Below, piece by piece: positions 18,354 to 26,556 of a DNA stretch of 64,000 nucleotides. Source of the DNA: a bacterium (GTDB lineage Bacteria; UBA8248). The translations under genes and the position numbers were made by a program. The notes beneath the pieces are model-generated. The model was not told the DNA's origin. It ran no database searches and worked only from the letters and a program-made list of their open reading frames with translations. The stretch lies in assembly GCA_965204535.1 (NCBI GenBank), contig CBDBEV010000001.1:992001-1056000 (forward strand), written 5' to 3'. The stretch's first letter is position 1. Every line of letters starts with the position of its first letter.

Positions 18354-19869
18354 GGGGCTGTTGAAAAACCTCGTTTTGAAGCGGGATGTATGGCGGCTCA
18401 CGCGGCCTGGGAGAGGAAGCCCAATCGGCGCGTGAGGCCGCGATATGCGCTCATTCGGCGTTTCCGGGCGGCCCAGGCCCGCCACAGAGCGAATAAACCC
18501 GCGGCCACAGCGGCGGCGAGCCGCTTGAGGTTCACCGCAGTCGCCGTCAGGTAGGCCTGGATCTTCACGTTCGCAAGACCCCGGCGTACCGCCCGCGCCA
18601 GTCCGTGCCGACTCTTCGCCTCGCCGTGATAGCCCTCCGAACGCGACATGTGGCGGCGCCACAGCCGGCCCTCCTCCTCCCCCCGGCGCGCGTGGCGACG
18701 GCGCGCGCGCAACAGCGCCGGATACTCGTGCGGAATCAGAACCGCCCTGCTCGTGCGAGACGCCGACAGACAATCGGCCTTGAGCGCGCAACCCGCGCAA
18801 TCGCGGGTCCTCGATACATACCAGCGCCCCCGCTCCGTCTCCTTCCGGGGGCGCAGCGTCTTGCCACCCGGACACTTCACCACCTCATTCCGCTCGTCGT
18901 AGCGGAACAGTTGCAGCGGCACCCGGCTCTGGGTGGGTTCCTTCTTCGCCGGTATCAGCGCGGCGACCCCCCGACGCTCCAATGCGCCGTACACCTTCGA
19001 ATACGCATAACCACTATCCGCCGTCACCACCGCGGGCGCGCGACCCGTGAGCTCGCAAACCGCATCCAGCTGCGGCTCCATCATCTCCCGCTCGTTCAAC
19101 GTCCCCTCCGTCACCTCTACGTCGAGAACCACCCCACGCTCGTCGTCCACCACCGCGTGGTGCTTATAGCTCGGCTCGAACCCCGCCCGAGCGCTCTTGC
19201 GCGCCAGGCGCGCGTCGGGGTCCGTTCGGCTCACCGGACCCGAACCCCCGCCGCCGCCCTTCTTCCCCGTCTCATCCTCCGAGTCGTTCTCCCGCACCAC
19301 CTTCTCCGCGTGGCGCTCCGCCAGACTCTCCCAGCTCACGTCCGCGCGTATCAAAGACGCGTCCATGTGAACCACTTCTCCCTTCGCCACCTTCGCCTCC
19401 ACGCAAGACTGAACCGTGCGCCGAAATATCTCCTTGAACCGCTCCTCCCCCCAGCGTTGACGGATACGCGTCAGGCTCGAATGATCCGGCAAATCCTCGT
19501 CCAGCCTGTACCCGATGAACCACCGGACCGCCAGATGCGCCTGCGCCTCGCGCAGCAGGCGGCGGTCCTCCGCGTAGCCCAGCAGCAGGCCCGCCAGCAT
19601 CAACCGGATCACCACTTCCGGGTCGATCCCCGGTCGACCGTTGTCCGCGCAATAGCACTCCGCCACTTCCTCGCGAAGCCAACTCAAATCCAGTACGCGG
19701 TCCACCTGGCGCAATATGTGATCTTCGGGAATCAACTTCTCCAGCGGGCCGGCCACGAACAAGTCCATCTGCTCGCGCCTCTTGCGGTCCAACATCTCCG
19801 GAACTCCCATCTCGGGCGAGGGGGAATACATCCATACGATCACAAAACCAGGGGTTTTTCAACAGCCCC
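18354..19869 (-). mobile_element. IS1182-family insertion sequence with perfect 17-bp IRs and 5-bp TSD CTCAA
   Basis: GGGGCTGTTGAAAAACC (18354-18370) / GGTTTTTCAACAGCCCC (19853-19869); CTCAA at 18349-18353 and 19870-19874. Confidence 0.9.
18398..19795 (-). CDS. IS1182-family DDE transposase
   Basis: LIPEDHILRQVD, GRPGIDP, PDHSSLTRIRQRWG, HMDASL, SRTDPDA, TADSGY, EG.HGEAK..HGLARA. Confidence 0.95.
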   Translation of the reverse strand: MLDRKRREQMDLFVAGPLEKLIPEDHILRQVDRVLDLSWLREEVAECYCADNGRPGIDPEVVIRLMLAGLLLGYAEDRRLLREAQAHLAVRWFIGYRLDEDLPDHSSLTRIRQRWGEERFKEIFRRTVQSCVEAKVAKGEVVHMDASLIRADVSWESLAERHAEKVVRENDSEDETGKKGGGGGSGPVSRTDPDARLARKSARAGFEPSYKHHAVVDDERGVVLDVEVTEGTLNEREMMEPQLDAVCELTGRAPAVVTADSGYAYSKVYGALERRGVAALIPAKKEPTQSRVPLQLFRYDERNEVVKCPGGKTLRPRKETERGRWYVSRTRDCAGCALKADCLSASRTSRAVLIPHEYPALLRARRRHARRGEEEGRLWRRHMSRSEGYHGEAKSRHGLARAVRRGLANVKIQAYLTATAVNLKRLAAAVAAGLFALWRAWAARKRRMSAYRGLTRRLGFLSQAA

Positions 19870-19950
19870 CTCAAGGGGGGAGTGATTTTTCTCTCTCGTC
19901 GGTCGGTTACATACGACAAATCCAGAGTTCCGGACTTTTTCAACAACCCC

Positions 19951-21627
19951 TTACGGGCTGGGAATCGAGTCGAAATCCATCTCCAGCAGATTCAGCGTCT
20001 CGGCGCGCTCGCAGTCACCGAGGTCGAGGTCGTCCAGTTTTTCGAGCCCCGCGAGCATGCTCGTGACGCCTTGGGCAAGTCCCTCCGGCGAGATTTTATC
20101 CGCATCAATCGCATAGCCCATGGTTTTCGCCATGGCGAGGATGTGGGCGGCGGCTTCTGACTTCGATGCTTCCTGGGATGAGGAAGCGGAGCCTTCGTCC
20201 GGGAACGGTTCGGGAGTCGGTTGCTCGTCGACCTCGGGCGGCTTCATCTGCCATAAGGGATTGTCGTCTTCCAGCGCCTTGCCGGTGCGGAACAGGCGCG
20301 CCTCATCCCCCCATCTCCCCGCAATCTGGATGCCGACGGGCAGGCCTGCTTTCGTGAACCCGCAAGGGACCTGGAGGACGGGGTTGCCGATGGTGCTGAA
20401 GGCGGCCGTGTTGTCGCTCACTATCGGCCACATTTTCATGCCGTCGAGACAGTCCGCGATGGTGGGCGGGGCGACCGCGACGGTGGGCGTGAGCACGGCG
20501 TCCACACTTTTGAAAACCTCCGCCGCCTGCCGGATGAAGAACGTTCGTGCCTTTTGCGCCTGCACGTAGCGCCAGCCCGGAATGAACAGGCTGTACTCGA
20601 AAAAGTCCGCTCCGGGCGAGACGTAGCCGTCGCGATGGTTTTCCAGATACTTCCGGTGATATTCCGCACCCTCGGGCCCCACCGTCGCGGCATAGGCGAC
20701 CTGGCCGAGCCGCGCCCAGGGGATTTCCACTTCCACGAGACTCGCGCCCATCTTCTCGTATCGCGCGATGGCCTCGCGGACGACCGCCTCTGCTTCTGTG
20801 TCCTCGCCCGGCCAGAAGTGATTCGTCGGAACGCCCAGCGTCATGCCGCCCACGCCCTCGTTCACGGATTCGAGAAAATCGGGCACGGGCCTGGTTCCCG
20901 TCGTCGGGTCTTTGGGGTCGGGACCGGCGATGGTTCCCAGGATGAGGGCGGCGTCCTCCACCGTGCGCGCGAGGGGCCCCACGTTGTCGAAGCTGAGTCC
21001 CAGCGGCACGGCGCCCGCCCGGCTCACCCGGCCGTAGGTGGAGCGGATGCCCACCAGATTGCAAAACGAAGCGGGCAGGCGCACCGAGCCGCCCGTGTCG
21101 GAACCGAGTGCGGCCGCCGCCATCCCCGCCGCCACGCAGGCGGCCGAGCCGCTGCTGCTTCCCCCGGGCGTGTGATCGAGGCTCCAGGGGTTTCGCGCCG
21201 GGCCGAAGGCGCTGTTCGCCCCGGTGCCGCCGCGCGCGAATTCCTGCAGATTCGTCTTCCCGACGATGACCGCCCCCGCTTCGATGAGCCTGCGCACGCA
21301 GTCCGCCGTTTCGCTCGCGGCGGTTTTCCCCAGAATCCGGCTGCCCGCCGTGGTCGGGTGGCCCTCCAGGTCGAACAGGTCCTTGAGCGCGACGGGAATC
21401 CCGTGGAGCGGCCCCCGGCAGTTTCCCTGCGCGAGTTCGGAATCCAGCCGCTCCGCCTGTTCCCTGGCGAGTTCGAAGGTGGTTCTCGTGAAGGCGTTAA
21501 TGGTCGGGTCCAGCTTCTCGATTCTGACGATGTGGGCCTCGATCACCTCGCTCGGCTTCGCTTCGCCGTTTTGGATGAGGGCGGCCAGTTCCGTGATGGG
21601 GCGGTGCAGCAGTTCGTCGGGATTCAT
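19951..21627 (-). CDS. Amidase signature family enzyme (GatA/AtzE-like) with C-terminal extension
   Basis: LHGIPVALKD, GKTN, PGGSSSGS, GSDTGGSVRLPAS. Confidence 0.93.
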   Translation of the reverse strand: MNPDELLHRPITELAALIQNGEAKPSEVIEAHIVRIEKLDPTINAFTRTTFELAREQAERLDSELAQGNCRGPLHGIPVALKDLFDLEGHPTTAGSRILGKTAASETADCVRRLIEAGAVIVGKTNLQEFARGGTGANSAFGPARNPWSLDHTPGGSSSGSAACVAAGMAAAALGSDTGGSVRLPASFCNLVGIRSTYGRVSRAGAVPLGLSFDNVGPLARTVEDAALILGTIAGPDPKDPTTGTRPVPDFLESVNEGVGGMTLGVPTNHFWPGEDTEAEAVVREAIARYEKMGASLVEVEIPWARLGQVAYAATVGPEGAEYHRKYLENHRDGYVSPGADFFEYSLFIPGWRYVQAQKARTFFIRQAAEVFKSVDAVLTPTVAVAPPTIADCLDGMKMWPIVSDNTAAFSTIGNPVLQVPCGFTKAGLPVGIQIAGRWGDEARLFRTGKALEDDNPLWQMKPPEVDEQPTPEPFPDEGSASSSQEASKSEAAAHILAMAKTMGYAIDADKISPEGLAQGVTSMLAGLEKLDDLDLGDCERAETLNLLEMDFDSIPSP

Positions 21628-21825
21628 GAAAACTCTCCAAAGGGGTTTCGTTGGTTTCGGGCGATTATATTCCAGGTGGCGGGGGAGTCGAAACGAAAGC
21701 GGGCGTTCTTCCCAAAATGCGGCGGACGCCCATAGTGTGCCGGGCCGGTCTTTATCGCTTGGCAAGCGACGCCATGAAGGGTAAAAGCACATCACCAAAG
21801 ATGATGAAAGAAAAGGAGATTTTTC

Positions 21826-22731
21826 ATGAAACTCTACCGGACGATTCTCTTCGCCCCCGGAAACAGGGAGAGAATGCTCGCGAAGGTGGGCAAGGCCGGG
21901 GCCGACGCCGTCGTTCTGGACCTGGAAGACGCCGTGCCCGCCGATGAGAAGACGGCAACGCGGAATGCGCTCGGTGCTGCGGTCAAGACGATAGCCGAAG
22001 AAGACGGGGCGGACGTTTTCGTGCGCGTGAATCCTTTGGATGACGTGACGGGCTTTTCGATCGCCTGCGGGCCGGAGGACATCGCGGCCGTCGTGGGGCC
22101 CGCGCTCCGGGGAATCGTGCTGCCCAAGGCGGAGAACGCCGGGCAAATACTCGCGGCGGACCGGCTGCTTCGCGACGCGGAGAGAAAGGCGGGCTGTGAA
22201 ACGGGGAGCGTGCATCTGCTCGCCATCCTCGAAAACGCCCGGGGCGTGGAGGACGCCTTCGCCATCGCCTCCGCCGATACGGGGGAGCGGCGCTTCCAGC
22301 TCGCCTTCGGGGCGGGGGATTACACCAACGATCTGGACGTCGAATGGCCGCGCGATGAGTTCACCTTCGACTACCCGCGCTCTCGCATCGCGGTGGCCTC
22401 GCGCAGCGCGGGCCGGGAGAAGCCGCTCGACACGGTCTGGATTGCGCTGGACGATCAGGAAGGCCTCGCCGCCAGCGCGGACAGATGCCGCGCCCTCGGC
22501 ATGTTCGGCAAGTTCTGTATCCACCCCAAGCAGGTGGAAGTCGTGAACCACGCGTTCACGCCGACGAAAGAAGAGGTCGAAAAGGCGCGCGAGGTGGTCG
22601 CCGCCTTCAAGGAGGCGACGGCGCGCGGGGAGGCGAGCGTTTCCGTCGGCGGGCGCATGATCGATTATCCGGTGGTCGAGGCGGCGGAAAAAGTCATTGC
22701 CCTGGCCGATGCTTTCGGAACGAAGGACTGA
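21826..22731 (+). CDS. CitE-like CoA ester lyase
   Basis: LFAPG, VLDLEDAV, VRVN, LPKAE, FGAGD, GKFCIHPKQV, GRMIDYP. Confidence 0.9.
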   Translation: MKLYRTILFAPGNRERMLAKVGKAGADAVVLDLEDAVPADEKTATRNALGAAVKTIAEEDGADVFVRVNPLDDVTGFSIACGPEDIAAVVGPALRGIVLPKAENAGQILAADRLLRDAERKAGCETGSVHLLAILENARGVEDAFAIASADTGERRFQLAFGAGDYTNDLDVEWPRDEFTFDYPRSRIAVASRSAGREKPLDTVWIALDDQEGLAASADRCRALGMFGKFCIHPKQVEVVNHAFTPTKEEVEKAREVVAAFKEATARGEASVSVGGRMIDYPVVEAAEKVIALADAFGTKD

Positions 22732-22754
22732 TAAGACTTCAGCGAGAGGGTGAT

Positions 22755-23759
22755 ATGAAATTCGGCATGTTCGTCATGAACCAGCACGCCCTGGGGGACG
22801 ACCCCACAGAGCGCTGGGAGGAGCATCTCGCGCAGGTGCGCCTCATTAGAGACCTGGGCTTTCACAGCGTGTGGTGCGGCCAGCACTACCTCACCGAGGG
22901 CGTGTGGATGATGCAGACCTGGCCGAGCGTCGCCCAGGTGGCGGCCCACGCGGGCGATATGACCGTCGGCACGGGCATCCTCCTGCTCGCGCTTCACAAT
23001 CCGGTGGACGTGGCCGAGCAGGTCGCCACGCTCGACGCCATGACGAAGGGCCGCTTCGTCCTCGGCGTGGGGCTGGGCTACCGCGAACCCGAATACCGCG
23101 CGTTCGGCCTCGCAAAACCCTGGCGCGTGAAGGCGTTCGAGGAAAAACTCGAAGCCGTCACCCGCCTGCTCGAAGAGGGAACGCTCGATTATGAGGGCGA
23201 GGTGGTAAAACTCGAAGACGTGAACCTCACCATGCGGCCCATCCAGAAGCCCAGGCCGCCCATCTGGATAGCGGCGAACGGCGACGGCGCAGTGAAGCGC
23301 GCGGCCAGGATGGGAGAGGCGTGGTTCCTGAACCCCCATGCGCGCTTCGACACCCTGAAGCGCCAGATGGAGATGTTTCACGCTGAGCGCGCCTCCGCAG
23401 GAAAAGGCGCGCCCGATGCGATGCCGGTGATCAAGGAGATGTTCATCGGCGCGGACAGGGAGAGCGCCTTTCGCGAGTGCGCGGATTACCTGGCGGTGAA
23501 ATACGATGTCTACGTGAAGTGGGGCCAGAGCGAGGCGCTGCCGAGCAGCGACACGCTCCGGATGCCGCTCGACGAGCTTCGCTCCGACAGGTTCCTCATC
23601 GGTTCGGCGGAGGACGTGGCCGAGGACATCGCGCGCCACCGCGACGAGCTGGGCGTCGACCACATGGCGTTTCGCGTCCAGTGGCCGGGGATGCCGCAGG
23701 AACTCGTCCTGAGGACGCTCGAGCGCTTCGCCAAAGAGGTGATGCCCGCGTTCGTCTAG
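22755..23759 (+). CDS. LLM-class flavin/F420-dependent oxidoreductase
   Basis: GFHSVWCGQHY, NPVDVAEQVATLD, GRFVLGVGLGYR.PEY, P.QKPRPPIW, AVKRAARMG. Confidence 0.9.
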   Translation: MKFGMFVMNQHALGDDPTERWEEHLAQVRLIRDLGFHSVWCGQHYLTEGVWMMQTWPSVAQVAAHAGDMTVGTGILLLALHNPVDVAEQVATLDAMTKGRFVLGVGLGYREPEYRAFGLAKPWRVKAFEEKLEAVTRLLEEGTLDYEGEVVKLEDVNLTMRPIQKPRPPIWIAANGDGAVKRAARMGEAWFLNPHARFDTLKRQMEMFHAERASAGKGAPDAMPVIKEMFIGADRESAFRECADYLAVKYDVYVKWGQSEALPSSDTLRMPLDELRSDRFLIGSAEDVAEDIARHRDELGVDHMAFRVQWPGMPQELVLRTLERFAKEVMPAFV

Positions 23760-23807
23760 GATTCCGTGCGATTTTCTCTGAGCGGTTGTCCGCAACAGGA
23801 GGACGCC

Positions 23808-25112
23808 ATGTCGAAAGAGGAATCCGCATCCTCTGAAAACCCGGATATGTACGAATTCTTCGCCGAGGACCCGGTGGCGGCGGATCGCGCCTTTTTCGGA
23901 CGGGAATCCTGTCTCGACCGGCGCGGTTTTATGCGGGGTGCGGGGCTTGCCGCCATGACGGCGATGGTGGGCGCGGCGATTCCTTTTCACCGCAACATGC
24001 CGGCGGGCCTCATTCCGGCGGCGTTCGCCGAGGAGAGCGTGCTGGTCGGGAAAGACGGCCTGACGCTGCTGAACAAGCGGCCGATGAACGCCGAGACTCC
24101 GCCCCATCTGCTCGACGACCCGATCACCCCGAGGTCCCGCCACTTCATCCGCAACAACGGCGTTCCGCCCGCCGAAGCGTCAGCGGACGCCTGGACCCTC
24201 ACCGTTGATGGTCTCGTGGAGCGCCCCATGACCTTGTCGATCGCCGAACTTCGTTCGAGGTTCGAAGTCGTCACGATGGCCCTCGTCATCGAATGCGGGG
24301 GCAACGGACGAGCCTTCTTCAAACCGCCGGTGAAGGGTACCCAGTGGACCCACGGGGCGGTCGCCTGTTCGGAGTGGACGGGCGTGCGGCTCAAGGACGT
24401 GCTGGCGGCGGCCGGCGTGCGGCCCGGCGTCGTCTACACCGCCCACGTCGGCGCCGATGGAGACCTCTCCGGTGAGCCGGGCAAGCTGCCCATCTCGCGT
24501 GGCGTGCCGATCGCCAAGGCGGTGACGGAGGGCGTGCTCATCGCCTTCGGCCAGAACGGCGGCCCGATTCATCCGATGAACGGGGCGCCGCTGCGGCTCG
24601 TCGTCCCCGGCTGGCCGGGGTCGTGCTCGCAGAAATGGCTCCGGCGCATCTACCTCCGCGACGTCGTGCACGACGGCCCCAAGATGACCGGCGCCTCCTA
24701 CCGCGTGCCGCGATATAGGATCGAACTGGGCGAGAAGGTCGAGGAGAAAGATTTCGTCATCATCGAGCGGATGCCCGTCAAATCGCTGATCACCCACCCC
24801 GCGAACGGGGCGGCGGCGGGGCGCGCCGTGGAGGTGCGCGGCCATGCCTGGTCGGGAGACCGGACGGTCGCCGCGGTCGACCTCTCCCATGACTTCGGCG
24901 CGACCTGGAAGCCGGCGGCGCTGGACGCCCCCGTGAACGACGGCGCCTGGCAGAACTTCCGCGCCGAGGTAAGGCTGCCCGAGGCCGGGTACTACGAGGT
25001 CTGGGCGCGGGCGACCGACAGCGCGGGAGTGATGCAGCCCCACGCCATCGACTGGAACCCGAAGGGATACCTCAACAACACGATGCACCGGGTCGCGCTT
25101 CGGGTGTCGTGA
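23808..25112 (+). CDS. Periplasmic sulfite oxidase-family molybdoenzyme (SorA/SoxC-like)
   Basis: Tat signal DRRGFMRG; NAETP, FIRNNG, ECGGNGR, NGAPLRLVVPGWPG, RATD..G..QP, WNPKGY. Confidence 0.9.
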   Translation: MSKEESASSENPDMYEFFAEDPVAADRAFFGRESCLDRRGFMRGAGLAAMTAMVGAAIPFHRNMPAGLIPAAFAEESVLVGKDGLTLLNKRPMNAETPPHLLDDPITPRSRHFIRNNGVPPAEASADAWTLTVDGLVERPMTLSIAELRSRFEVVTMALVIECGGNGRAFFKPPVKGTQWTHGAVACSEWTGVRLKDVLAAAGVRPGVVYTAHVGADGDLSGEPGKLPISRGVPIAKAVTEGVLIAFGQNGGPIHPMNGAPLRLVVPGWPGSCSQKWLRRIYLRDVVHDGPKMTGASYRVPRYRIELGEKVEEKDFVIIERMPVKSLITHPANGAAAGRAVEVRGHAWSGDRTVAAVDLSHDFGATWKPAALDAPVNDGAWQNFRAEVRLPEAGYYEVWARATDSAGVMQPHAIDWNPKGYLNNTMHRVALRVS

Positions 25113-25129
25113 ATAGTTGATGCCTGGGT

Positions 25130-26299
25130 TCAAGTTCCCGACAACTCCCTCAGCACGTCCTTGAGAGCCGCCTTGTCCTCGATGCCGAGACCGGGCAGGT
25201 CGGGAAAGCTGACATAGCCGTCTTCCACCGCCACGCCGTCGGCGAAGCCGTTGAAGGGCTTGAACACGTCGGGGTAGGACTCGCTGCCGCCGAGGCCGAG
25301 CCCGCCCGCGATGTTGAGCGAGAGCTGGTGTCCGCCGTGGGGGATGAACGAGCGGGACGACCAGCCGTGTTCCTCCGCCATATCGAGCGTTCTCAGGTAT
25401 TCCACCAGGCCGTAGCTCAGCGCGCAGTCGAACTGCAGGATGTCCACGCCCGGCCGCATCCCCCCGTAGCGGATCAGGTTTCTCGCATCCTGGGTGGAGA
25501 ACAGGTTCTCGCCCGTCGCCATGGGCTTGTCGTAGTGTTTGGCGAGTTCGGCCTGGAGCGCGTAGTCGAGCGGGTCGCCCGCCTCCTCGTACCAGTGCAG
25601 ATCGTAGGGCGCCAGCGCTTCTGCATAAGTGATGGCGGTTTCGAGATCGAATTTCCCGTTGGCGTCCACCGCCAGGTCCCGGCCCTCGCCCACGACCTCG
25701 AGCACCGCCTCGATTCTCCGGATATCGTCATCGAGCGATTCGCCGCCTATCTTCATCTTGACGGTGGTGTAGCCGCGATCGAGATAGCTCCTCATCTCGT
25801 TCTGGAGGGCTTTCAGGTCCTTGCCCGGATAGTAATAGCCGCCTGCGGCGTAGACGGATACCTTCTCATCGCACTCTCCGCCGCGGTAGGTATCCGCCAG
25901 ATGGCGGTAGAGCGGTTTTTCCTCGATTTTGGCCACCATGTCCCAGACCGCCATGTCGATGATGCCCACGGCGACGGAGCGGTCGCCGTGCCCGCCGGGC
26001 TTTTCGTTCTTCATCATGCAGTCCCAGATTCTGGCGGGCTCGAAGTTCGATTCCGTCTCGTTCAGCAGCGACTCGGGCGCCGCGTCTCGGAGCCTGGGGA
26101 TGAAGCGCTCGCGCAAAAGCCCCTGCTGGGCGTAGCGTCCGTTCGAGTTGAAGCCGAAGCCGACGACGCGCCTCCCGTCGCGCACCACGTCCGTGACGAG
26201 GGCGGCGACGCTCACCGTCATCAGGGAAAAATCGATGAACGCGTTTCTCAGGTCCGATTGTATGGGAACCACCGTCTCGCGGATATCGATGATCTTCAA
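25130..26299 (-). CDS. Mandelate racemase-family enolase, D-tartrate dehydratase-like
   Basis: GFGFNSNGRY, NEKPGGHG, YAAGGYY, KMKIGG, DAN, WYEE, ATGEN, IPHGGHQ. Confidence 0.85.
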   Translation of the reverse strand: MKIIDIRETVVPIQSDLRNAFIDFSLMTVSVAALVTDVVRDGRRVVGFGFNSNGRYAQQGLLRERFIPRLRDAAPESLLNETESNFEPARIWDCMMKNEKPGGHGDRSVAVGIIDMAVWDMVAKIEEKPLYRHLADTYRGGECDEKVSVYAAGGYYYPGKDLKALQNEMRSYLDRGYTTVKMKIGGESLDDDIRRIEAVLEVVGEGRDLAVDANGKFDLETAITYAEALAPYDLHWYEEAGDPLDYALQAELAKHYDKPMATGENLFSTQDARNLIRYGGMRPGVDILQFDCALSYGLVEYLRTLDMAEEHGWSSRSFIPHGGHQLSLNIAGGLGLGGSESYPDVFKPFNGFADGVAVEDGYVSFPDLPGLGIEDKAALKDVLRELSGT

Positions 26300-26556
26300 G
26301 ATTCTCTCCCGTTTCGGTTTGATGTTGCGCTTCTGGTGAACGCGGCGATTCTACAGCCTTTTCCTGAAAAAGGTGAAGCGGAGCCGGGCGCCGCGAGAGC
26401 CTTGAAACGGGCGAAGGGCGATTCAACCCGGTTTTTGGGATCCGTGTAATAAAACCACAACAAAAATCGGGTATGATGCTCCTTCGTATGGTGGATGCGT
26501 TTGACGGCTCGCGATTTTGTGCATCGCAGGGATGAAATTTTTCAGGCGGGAGAAAG

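Larger units (their letters stand above)
18207..19885. repeat. ~155-bp palindromic REP-like element (ACTCCCCCCTTGAGGGGGAGTC...GACTCCCCCTCAAGGGGGGAGT) split by IS
   Basis: Pieces 18207-18353 and 19875-19885 join to match the inverted copy at 30756-30914. Confidence 0.8.
18146..19950. mobile_element. Composite MITE-like element (IS1182-like ends) containing a palindromic repeat that in turn contains an IS1182
   Basis: Outer ends GGGGCTGTTGAAAAG (18146) and CTTTTTCAACAACCCC (to 19950); related inverted copy without IS at 30660-30976. Confidence 0.65.

Noticed and set aside
19951-22551. 866-aa amidase ORF as listed in the track
   Set aside because: The N-terminal 308 aa is antisense to the CitE-like gene; the real start is ATG 21627 after a GGAG RBS
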